Part shown: one piece after another, positions 1 to 10,200 of the stretch
Position numbering within the stretch: the stretch's first letter is position 1
Layout of the letters: every line of letters begins with the position of its first letter
Source of the DNA: Craspedostauros australis
Lineage: Eukaryota
Length of the DNA stretch: 20,000 nucleotides
Assembly (NCBI GenBank): GCA_030167865.1
Contig: JALAGF010000153.1
Location: forward strand, 52,813 to 72,812
Reading direction: 5' to 3'
Made by a program: the position numbers and the translations under genes
The notes under the pieces: generated by a model
Told to the model about the DNA's origin: nothing
Seen by the model: only the letters and a program-made list of their open reading frames with translations
The model's database searches: none

Positions 1-860
1 GTCTCAGGATGGAAACTCCGGTGCGCAGATCCGTTGGTAGCCCAGCGCCTTCGGCCACTCTCCGCAGATGAGCAGCAGCGCTGCTGCTTTCGTCTGGTTT
101 CTGATGTGGCTGCCGCATGCTGCGCTGTTCGTATAGTGTAGGTATGATCCAAGCGGAGATGAATCGACAGTTGTCAGAGTGAACGAGAATGTATTTGGAT
201 GGAAGGAAGGATGCGGAGAGGATTCGGCAGCCATGGGGACCTATGGCACATCGCTGCTTCCATCCTTCGATCATTGGCATCTGATTACGAGAAACCAAAT
301 ACGTTTGTTCCACCAAAGCGTGAAAGAATTTCACTTGTTCCAAGAACAAAGATGTCCGAAACAAAAACAGCAATGCCTCCTCGGTCTGGCGGTCGTTCGT
401 GTATGTTGACTGTCGATGTCCAAACAAGCCAACAAACAGACATTTTGTATGTCTGTTTGAACAATTGTCTGCCTGCTCATATCTGACTGTTTGAAGCAAA
501 CTGCGTTTCTTCAGCACTTGCATCCCAATGATCCGATCTGATCTTGCAGAACTAAGCGGAACCAAGTGGAGCTCGTATGGTGTGTATGATACCACACCCG
601 CACTTGCACAACTGAGAAGATAAGGATGCCGTCAATCCAACGTTTGTGTAGAGCTGTCCAAGTAACTGTCTCTGGCATGTTTGAATGGACAATCTTCGCC
701 GTGGGACGTATCACTTAGTGACGGGCTATCGAAGCCAACGTGGTCTGTTCAAACTAGGATACGGAGGACACACTGAGGTATACAGAAGGGAAGTGGGAGT
801 GAATGTACTTGTACTGTGCCTGCCCACCTATTATACATGATAGCGTGAGCCTCTTATCTC

Positions 861-3470
861 TCAATTAAATCGTATGCAATGCGTGCAGAAGCGATCCAGC
901 TGCTGACGCGAATGCGACACCATCATGATGGGCACCGCCCTTTCGATCAACGTCCGTTCCACGATCTTCGCTGTTGATTCGTCCAACGCGCTCATGCTTT
1001 CGTCCAACAGCAACACACGTGGTTGCATTGACAGCGCAATCGCCAAGGACATGCGCTGCGCTTCGCCACCGGACAGCGTAGACCATGGCTGGTCGAATGT
1101 GCCCTCCTCCATGCCCCATTTCGTGATGATATCGATCGGCGATTCTTCAGTGTGGTCTTGATGTGATTGTCCTTGTTTTGATGCAGATGGATGCTGTGAA
1201 GAGCTGTGGACCATCTTGTTCAGAAGCTGTTGGTGCCGTTTCCAACGACAATGGTGTTGAAACCTTGAGATTTCGTCCATGAGCATCCTGGGCGTTCCTT
1301 CGATGGTTGGTCGATTCTGAGACACGAAGCATACCTTCGTTCGGAACTCGGTATTCGAGAGTTCATGAGAATTCACACCATCCAACTGAACCCAACCATT
1401 CGTGCCGCCAGACTCCTCCAGTCCAACAAGCGTCCGCAGCAGTTGGGACTTTCCAGTTCCGGACTTCCCAACTATCCCAATGCGATCGCCAGTCTGGCAT
1501 TGGAAGGATGCTGTTGCGTTAGCTCGATGAATATGAAGATTTTGAGCTTGTAATACTGGAGTGGTGGCAGGTGATGGCGAAGTTATCGTTGATTTGGCAC
1601 TATCCTCGTGTTTCTGCAGAGCAAAGGCTTGAAGGGTGGTGGTAGGAGTTGTGCTTGGAAGAGTGTCGCCATCTTCTTCATGCTTGTCTGCTGCATCGTT
1701 GTCACTTACGTTGCTGCTTGACGAAGACGATGTCAACGTGGATGACGATGACGCTGATGGTGCTTGTCCATCGTTCCCTTTCCATTGCAACAAGCCTGAT
1801 CTCAGTCTGTCGTTGGGACGATCGATGAGGGCGCCTACAGCTGCCCTGACTACGAGCTGGACTGTCGTGCAGGCAGTTGCTGCGATCAAGAAGTTGATCA
1901 TGATTTGGTACGCTGCAGCTTGTCGAGGTGACTGTCCTGCCAAGATCTGCCCTGTCATCATGCCAGGGATGTGGACGATGCCTGTGACTGCAAGTCCGTT
2001 GATGGTGGGCGTCAACGCTGTGAGGAACGTATCCCGAATGAGAGGCAGCGTGGCCTCACCAGATGATGCCCCACGTGCGAGTCGCAGCTCGACTTCGTCT
2101 TGCCTTGTCGCAAACTGCTTGGTCAGGGTGGAGATACCCAGCGCGGATGCAGACAGCGTGTTGCCAAACAGCATCCCGGCCACAGGGATCCACGTTCGGG
2201 GCTGGAACCACGGCTCGATCACACCCAGCACCTTCAGGAACATCGCCAGCGACAACACCGTGGTGCCGCCGGCCAACACAGACGAGTAGATGTGGCGTCG
2301 GAGCTTCGGGTAGTCATATTGCACACGCGACAGTGCCTCGCGACTTGCGATACATCCGACCCCGACGATCCATGACAACACGAACAGCGGGTTGGAAGTT
2401 CCCATGATACGTTGCAGCACGACGCTGCCGAGCAACGACACTTGCAACGCGCACCGACTTGCTGACAGCAGCAACGATCGTGCCAGCGATGGCAGCCCGG
2501 AACTCCACAACGGTAGCACAGCAAGTCCTGTCAGCATCGTGGCAGCCGTGGCGAGGTTGCGGATCCCAAGTGCGTTGACGACGATCGTATCACTTGCAAC
2601 GGACGCTGCTTGGAGCGATGGTTCCACCGTGTTCGTTGCTGATGCTGACATTCGTGATGCGAATGGGGCTGCCCAGGAAGGCTGACATCGCATCAGCAAA
2701 ACGAAGCTCAGCACCAACGCGGATCTCACGATGCGTTCCTTGGTCTTCGACGGTCGTGACGGGCTTGCCGGCAGTGACCTTGCTTCTGTCTGAAGCCGAA
2801 GAAGTCTCAGACATATCCTTCTTGCGCTACGTCGATCCTTGCCATGCGGATAATGATCAGACTTATGACCTGTCGTGTGACTAGATCTATGACCACAGCA
2901 TCTTCTGACATGTGGGACCTTGTTATCCGCACCATCATGACGGCCACGCTTCCGAATCCATTGCGGGAAAGTCCAGGAACATTTTCCCAGTCTGGAACAC
3001 TTTCGGGATCTGATAAATATGGATATTGCCTTCCTCTCATGGTTCCTGGTGGGTGTTGGATGGGCTGTTGATGTGATGAAAGGGTGCGCGTTGGCTTGGA
3101 GAGAGTGGTGATCAGGATATGCAGAGGCATACCGCAGGCTTGAGGAACACTGATGAAGTTCCCGACGGTTTGGTTGATGATGTCCACGCGATTGGTGACT
3201 GTTCTTTTTGGACAAAATGGGAAGCGCCGAAGCACCTGGAACAACACTAACTAGTTCCAACCGTTTCGCGATGAGAAGCTGATCCACAAACAAGGACGCG
3301 CATGCGAGTACTCCCACGATCACAATCCATCGAGCCCGCCGCATCTTGATCTGGCGTTGACGCTGTTGAAGGCAACGGCGATTGAGCTGGTTGTGTTGAC
3401 GTTGCGGCATCTTGCTCGGTGAAAGGGGTGACGCGTGGAAAGTCGTGGTCGGCAGTGTCATCAGCAGCAT
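861..3470 (-). CDS. Fused ABC transporter: UPF0014 (FetB/YbbM/ALS3-STAR2-like) permease plus FetA/YbbL/STAR1-like ATPase, with long N-terminal extension
   Basis: One stop-free frame. Permease (~2590-1820) has UPF0014-type motifs RCALQVSLLG, WFQPRTWIPVAGMLFGN, EVELRLARGAS, PTINGLAVTGIVHIPGMMTGQILAGQSPRQAAAYQIMINFLI. ATPase (~1560-864) has Walker A GKSGTGKSQ, Q-loop FVSQ, signature LSGGEAQR, Walker B LLLDE, SALD and H-loop MVSH. Start uncertain (in-frame ATGs at 3674, 3470, 3410, 3344); a 5' intron cannot be excluded. Confidence 0.85.
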   Translation of the reverse strand: MLLMTLPTTTFHASPLSPSKMPQRQHNQLNRRCLQQRQRQIKMRRARWIVIVGVLACASLFVDQLLIAKRLELVSVVPGASALPILSKKNSHQSRGHHQPNRRELHQCSSSLRYASAYPDHHSLQANAHPFITSTAHPTPTRNHERKAISIFIRSRKCSRLGKCSWTFPQWIRKRGRHDGADNKVPHVRRCCGHRSSHTTGHKSDHYPHGKDRRSARRICLRLLRLQTEARSLPASPSRPSKTKERIVRSALVLSFVLLMRCQPSWAAPFASRMSASATNTVEPSLQAASVASDTIVVNALGIRNLATAATMLTGLAVLPLWSSGLPSLARSLLLSASRCALQVSLLGSVVLQRIMGTSNPLFVLSWIVGVGCIASREALSRVQYDYPKLRRHIYSSVLAGGTTVLSLAMFLKVLGVIEPWFQPRTWIPVAGMLFGNTLSASALGISTLTKQFATRQDEVELRLARGASSGEATLPLIRDTFLTALTPTINGLAVTGIVHIPGMMTGQILAGQSPRQAAAYQIMINFLIAATACTTVQLVVRAAVGALIDRPNDRLRSGLLQWKGNDGQAPSASSSSTLTSSSSSSNVSDNDAADKHEEDGDTLPSTTPTTTLQAFALQKHEDSAKSTITSPSPATTPVLQAQNLHIHRANATASFQCQTGDRIGIVGKSGTGKSQLLRTLVGLEESGGTNGWVQLDGVNSHELSNTEFRTKVCFVSQNRPTIEGTPRMLMDEISRFQHHCRWKRHQQLLNKMVHSSSQHPSASKQGQSHQDHTEESPIDIITKWGMEEGTFDQPWSTLSGGEAQRMSLAIALSMQPRVLLLDESMSALDESTAKIVERTLIERAVPIMMVSHSRQQLDRFCTHCIRFN

Positions 3471-3649
3471 GTGGGCTCGCGGAGCGCCTTCTTGGTGGCA
3501 GATGGATGTTTCCGTTGTTTTGTTTCGTTGTGATCTGTGACGTTGTGTTGTCTTGTGCGTGCGGAACACGCTGCAGCGGCGTTCTGGTGTGCAGAATCGT
3601 CGATCGTGGACATCAAGGATACGGCTTCGATCTGAGGATTTCAGGCATA

Positions 3650-3745
3650 TTGCAATGTATACATTTAATATCATTTTAAACAATATTTGATCAACAACTA
3701 TGTTTTTACCCCTTTAATCATACTTTCCCATACCCCATCTCATAC
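3650..3745. promoter_or_regulatory. AT-rich patch in the divergent intergenic region between the two ABC genes (candidate promoter region)
   Basis: catttaatatcattttaaacaatatttgatc... stands out from the GC-balanced flanks and lies between head-to-head genes. Function is inferred only. Confidence 0.35.
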
Positions 3746-4299
3746 TCGTGATTCGATGAGAACTGTTGGTGCAACAGAAATTGAAACGTGGTATTGCTTC
3801 AATGTGCTCGCCAACACCGCCGAAATTGTGTGCCAACGAAGAAGTCTGTGGAACAACTTGGTGAAGTGTGGCTCGCTTTGTCTCTCAGTCACGCTCTGCA
3901 CAGAGACGCCAACACCGACACGAACAGCAGCACCAACGGCGGCTTCAGCACAACCAATCGCAACAGCAATGCCCTGTGCGAGTAGCACGCCATCAGCAGC
4001 GACGTCCCCCTCCAACATCGTACAAGCAAGAGCGCACCAGCAACAGTAGCAACACCACCCGACACAGCCGCTGTATAGTACCATCGAGCAACGAAGAGAC
4101 CGAAGCACGTTTGCTTTCCGACGAGAGCTGTGCCAGTAGGAGATCATTGCTTTTGAAGCGTTGTTGCTGTTGCTCATCCCTTTGCGAAGTTGCACAATTG
4201 CAGATCATCATTTGCCACTCATAAAACCAGCTCGCGCAGCAAGCTCAGCCACAGTAACGACACCACGAAACAGCACACACAAAAACATTCCAGCAAGCC

Positions 4300-7200
4300 A
4301 TGAACGATCCAACCAAAGGTGACAACACCGAACAGCTGCCCGAAGTGGCCAAGCCAACCACAGCCAACTTCGATGACAAGACTGACAAGACTGACAACAA
4401 TGACAAGGACAAGGACAACAAGAAGGATGACAAAGCTGCGGACGCTGGTCCGATGGCGACCATCTCAGAAGTCTTCAGCTTTGCCACTCCTCCTGAGAAG
4501 ATCAAGATCTTTGCTGGGCTGATCTGTGCGTCTGTGTCCGGTATCGTGGTGCCCTGTAAGTGATCAGGGAGTGTCGAAACAGGCAGAATCGAGTCCGGTG
4601 CAAACGTGAATCGACTGGGCGCACGTTGGTGTTGTTCATTGACGCAGCATTCCAATGGCAGTGACGAGCAGACAACGTGAGAACCTGCACAAGTCAGTGT
4701 TGTTGCCGAGTATTGTACTCTGCAAGTATACGCACACCTCACAGCTGACAGGGCTGAATACCACATGACACCATCTGACATTGCTTCAATCTCCACCATC
4801 CTATCCAATGAATCATTCGCTTCCCCAACAACCCAATCCAACATGCATGCATTCATGCACACAGCCATGGCGTTCTTCTTCGCCCGCATCTTCGAGGATC
4901 TTTCCTCCGACCCGTCATCCTCTGACTTTCTCAAGAACATTCGAACGCTGGCCTTCAGTTTCATGATTCTTGGGGTGGTCATCTTTGCATCCATGTCGAT
5001 GCAGGCCGCCCTGTTGGAAACGGTCGCAGGCGAGATGACCAAGAGGATGCAACGCTCTTGGTTCGAAGCTGTGTTGCGCCAGGACATGGCGTACTTTGAC
5101 ATCAAGGACGTGTCAGGCACCGCCACCATCATCTCCACGAACGGCAAGAAGTTCAAGAAGTACGTCGAATGTGCGTTTGCGTATTAAGCCTTGCTTGTGT
5201 GCTCATCCCGGTTCGATGGCAAGATCATCGTCAGTTGTCTTGTATCTGTTGACAACTAAACCATGTCCATGTTGTTCATCTCCATGCATTCACCCGCAAC
5301 CCATTTCTTACCAATTCAATCAACCAATCAATCCTCCACATCAACACACCGACACACCAACACAATTCATTTTGCTCGCTCATTCGCTTGTTGCATCCCA
5401 TTTGACCATCAGAGGAGTCGGAAGGAAGCTCGGAGAAGGCATCCAATACATCGTCACTTTCTTTGGCGGCATCATCTTTGCTTTCGTCCAAGCTTGGCGT
5501 GTCAGTCTGCTTGTTCTTTGCATCGTGCCATTCATGGCCGTCTGCACTGGATTCCTCCTCAAGGTCAACCAGACTGAGACAACTCGCAAGAATGCTGGAT
5601 ACGCCAAGGTCGGCGCCATCGTATACACAGCCGTCTCATCCATCCGCACCATCCTCTCTTTGAACGCCGTCGAAGACATCGTGAGCGAGTTCAAGGACGC
5701 GACCCAAAAATCATACGAGGCCTCTTCAAGCTTCGTCGTCTGGGTCGGGCTCGCCAATGGATCTGTCATGGGATCCTTCATCTTGGCCTACATCCCTGTC
5801 ACTCTCTACGGATCCTTCGTCCTGTACGACAACGTGAAAGACTCCGGTTGCGACCCATCCGGCGGCGTATCTGATAACTTCACCTGCGACCCTGGTGCCG
5901 CAGGAGTCTTTGGAGCCCTCATGGGTATCACCTTCGCGGGTGCCGTATTGCCCCAGATCTCATCCACCATTGAGGCGTTCACTGGAGCACGAGTTGCCTG
6001 CTTCCCTGCTCTGGAGGCCATGAACCGCCAAGTCGGGGCTGATGTAGCAGCATCGAAGCAGGAAATGGACGAGAGCAACAAGTCCACTTCTCATCAGCGC
6101 AGAGGCAGCGTGGCGAAGCTCCCAACCTACGTCATCGACTCTTCATCCGATGAAGGTTTGAAACCAGACAAGGTCGTTGGTGACATCGAGTTCAAAAATG
6201 TTGACTTCGCGTACCCAACACGCGACGAGATCAACGTGTTCGACGGATTCTCTTTGAAGATCGAGGCTGGAACAACGGTGGCTCTTGTCGGGCCCAGGTA
6301 CGTGGCAGTTTCCTAACCGTGCTGCTTTTCTCGTCGTCACTGTTGCCATCGCAACAACATGACTACCTCCACGTTCGCAATGCGCCATCATCACTCCCAC
6401 ACGTACTCACTGGCCTCGTTTCTGATCCGCTTGTTGCGCAATTCAATGTCTCGCTCAAACCGCTCTTCTTGGAACTTGTCAACCTTCGCCTTCTTTTTCA
6501 TTCAATTGTTCACTTGTTCGTGCAACAATCAAACCAAACCAAACCAAACCAACGAACTCACGCAAACATAACAGTGGAAGGTAAGTGTGAATCGAATACG
6601 AAGCTGCGCACGCGCCTGTCTGTGGAATCCATCCCCTTTGGCAACTTGTCTGCTCCACGGCTGCTCCTTCCAATCTCACCAAAAAAGTTTTTGCTCATTT
6701 GCCCTTCCTACTCGTCCCTGTTTCCGTCTACTTTGCGAATTGGAAATGGACAGTGGAAAGTCGACGACGGTCCAGCTGATTGAGCGGTTCTACGACCCCA
6801 AGGCTGGTTCCATCACCCTCGATGGCAACGAACTCACCCAACTCAACGTCAAATGGCTCCGCCAACACATGGGGCTCGTAAGCCAGGAGCCAAAGCTGTT
6901 CGCCACAACCATCAAGGAGAACATTTCTGTCGGCATGCCAAATGCAACCATGGCCGACATCGAAGATGCCGCGCGCAAGGCCAATGCGCACGACTTCATC
7001 GTCAGCTTCCCAGATGGGTATGAAACTCAAGTTGGAGACCAGGGAGCGCAGCTCTCCGGAGGTAAGTCAGCCAACCATCCGAAAGTAGTGTCCTGCTCTG
7101 CTTCCACTCGCTTCAATACGGCTCGTTCGCCATGCTCAACTGCACAGTATACACTTGGTTGGCATCTGCCACTTCTTGGAATTCCTCACACACGTACCAT

Positions 7201-10200
7201 ACATGCACACGCACATGGACACGCACATGGACACGCACATGAACACGCATACGTCTCCTCCACCTCTTCTCCTCCATGTCCCATCTTTGCATCGTTGTAT
7301 TGATGCATCAAATGAACGCACCATACGCGCCCGTACAGGCCAAAAGCAACGTATCGCCATTGCCCGCATCTTGATCAAAAAGCCAAAAATTGTCATTCTT
7401 GACGAGGCCACAAGGTAAGCCCAATCACGCTCCGCCATGTTCATACAATACCTGCTGCATGAATACGCTGGAAGTCTGACCTGTTGTTTACCGTACACAA
7501 CATTGTCTGCTTGCACTCTCTCGCTTGTTCCACCGTGGCACGACATCACGATCATGCAAAACTCATCCTTCCTCCCTCCCTACTTCCCTCTCTTCCTCTC
7601 TGCCCCCTTCAACCACAGTGCCCTGGACAGCGAATCCGAGGCCGTAGTCCAAGAGGCGCTCGATAAGCTGATGGAAGAAGGCAATCAGACTGTGGTCGTC
7701 ATCGCTCACCGGCTGTCAACCATTCGAAATGCTGACATGATCGTCGTTGTCAACGAAGGAAAAGTCGCGGAGACCGGTACGCACAGCGAACTGATCGAGA
7801 AGCAAGGAAAGTACTACGACCTCGTCGAGGCGCAGAAGGGTAACAAGGGCAAGGATGATGAATCTTCGTCACAGAAGACCGATAGCACGCACACCCGCAC
7901 GAGCAGCACGCTGGATGGTGTCGAGAATGAAGATGGAGATGATGCCATCGAAGTGAGCGCTGTGCTTGACGAGAAGTTGGAAACACCCACCGACAGTCCG
8001 CTGCTTCGTTTTCACGGCGTTCACTTTTCATACCCATCGCGCCCGGACAACAAGATCTTCCGCGGTTTGAACCTCGATGTCTACGAAGGAGAGACGCTCG
8101 CTATCGTCGGACCAAGGTAAGCGGAACCAATGCAATGGTTCGTAGCACCATTCGGCACAGTATGAGTGCATGCATGGCTACATGCAAGTGGTCACGCACA
8201 GAGATGAAATCGCATTCCTGCCCCCGAACTTGCTCCCATTTGGGCCACGCGGACTTTGTCAACAAGCGAGACGATGATGTGCCACGTTCTCACTTTCCTC
8301 TCGCCTCGCGATTTTCCATCACAACTCGCACACACCATATTTCGCAACCACTCATCTCCGTTTCACAACACAGTGGCCAAGGAAAGTCCACCATCATCCA
8401 GCTCTGTGAGAGCTTCTACCGCCCAAGCAAGGGCGCTGTGGAGTACTGCGGCGTCGACATGGCCGACCTGAACGTCAAGTGGCTTCGCCAGCAGTTTGGA
8501 CTTGTTAGTCAGGAACCCGTCCTTTTCGATGTTAGCATTGAAGAGAACATCCGCTTTGGGTCCAAAGACGTTTCCGAACAAGACGTCATCAAGGCCGCCA
8601 AAGAAGCCAACGCGCACGATTTCATCATGTCCTTCCCCGACGGATACAATACCGCGGCAGGAGGGGCCGGCTCTTCACAGATTTCAGGCGGCCAGAAGCA
8701 ACGTATTGCCATTGCGCGAGGTGAGTGAAAAAGATTCGGTGGACCATCGTTGCGAGTAAATGAAACTCCCTCTCGTGTATTCGATTTCGTTCACCTGTGC
8801 AGTCGTACAGTCGCCTGTTTTTCTTTGTTCTCTCATACTTACCGCCGGCCTCCCTGTGCCGCTGCTGCAACTTGCAAATTCCCGACGTCCTTAATCTCGC
8901 AGCTCTCATCAAGAAACCCAAGATCCTACTGCTGGATGAAGCCACATCGGCGCTCGACAGCGAATCCGAGAAGGTTGTGCAGGCTGCACTAGACAGCATC
9001 ATGTCCAGTGCTGGCCGTACCACTATTGTGATCGCCCATCGCCTCTCGACCATCCGCGATGCCGATCGCATCGCCGTCATCGACAACGGCAAGGTCCGCG
9101 AGATCGGGACGCACGATGAACTGATGATGAAGCCAAACGGCCGCTACAAGCGTCTTCAAGACTTGCAGAATCTCGATCAGGATGTCAAGAAATCCAAGAA
9201 GAAAAAGGACGATGACGATGATGATGCGGACGAAGAGCATGCCGATGACAAGGACGATGGCACCGACGAGAAGGAATCCACTGAGGAAGACAAGAAGAAC
9301 GAACAGCTCCGAGCGAAACGGGCACGAAGCTTCGCCAACCAGGACGTCATGTTCTTTGTGATTGGAAGTGTCGGTGCGGTCTTCGCCGGGTTGCTCTTTC
9401 CAGGATGGGGTGTAAGTTTCTGAGCGGCAATACAATGCGATGCCATGCCATGCTACTAATATGGCATGCTTCATCGTTGCATGATGTTGTTGGTGGAAGT
9501 TTCCTTGCAACTGAGCTGCTGATGGTGGTCGCGACTTCGTGGTGTTTGCCCATTGGGGGAGAATCTTGTTGTGTGCGTCCATCCTGAACCATTCGCTCGT
9601 ATCAACATGTGAATACTGACAAACATCGTTTCCCTGTGTTCTTGCCCCTCGCTCCTTCAGCTCGTCTTTGCGTACATGGTGGAGTTGCTCTACACACCAA
9701 TCGAACGATGCGACGAGTCTGCTGGTATCTTCCCTGACGGAAACATCACAGACTGCCAGGAATACTTCGACGACGAAGCTGATGATATGAAGGAATTGTC
9801 CATCAATGTGTTCATCGGGGTCATTGGAGTCATCTGTTCGTCGCTTTTTGGCAACGTCCTCCTCTTTTATGGATTCGGAACAGCGACGGAGCGCATGAAC
9901 AAGCGCGTCCGCGACAGCACATTCGAAAGCCTCGTGCGTCAAGAGGTCTCGTGGTTCGATGTCCGCCCCGTGGGAGTCATCACCTCCCAGATCTCCGATG
10001 ACGCTGCCATGATCCATTCCTTTTCCGGTGAACCAATCCGCACCTTGGTGATGAACTGCGCAAGCGTGCTGGTCGGGCTGGTCTTCGCCTTTTACTACAT
10101 GTGGTACGTATCGAACACTATGCTGTGTCACGTTGGTCGACGCTGTGATGTTGTGTGTGGCCTTGCGATCTACGGCGCTGCCCTCCCCATTCCGAATGCG

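Noticed and set aside
71-88. Perfect 18-bp palindrome agcagcagcgctgctgct
   Set aside because: Formed by abutting AGC/GCT triplets; low complexity and no supporting context.
1-118. Minus-strand ATG at 118 with a frame open to the window edge (MRQPHQKPDESSSAAAHLRRVAEG...)
   Set aside because: Only 39 codons visible and no motif. It could be a gene start but cannot be supported from this window.
3471-3683. ORF-track start (TTG 3683) for the fused ABC gene
   Set aside because: Non-ATG start in an AT-rich, promoter-like patch; downstream ATGs are more plausible in a eukaryote.
3687-4224. Several 65-151 aa ORFs in the divergent intergenic region
   Set aside because: Low-complexity CAG/CAA-rich translations without motifs; more likely UTR or promoter sequence.
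7195-7255. His-rich [16 protein letters not shown] in ORF 6587..7303, resembling a metal-binding tail
   Set aside because: It lies inside intron 7062-7338, whose removal restores LSGGQKQR; it is the translation of a 12-bp repeat.
8989-10131. 380-aa minus-strand ORF, and similar ones at 4245-5156, 1636-2289, 11751-12434, 16816-17370
   Set aside because: Antisense to well-supported genes with no motifs; expected from codon bias.
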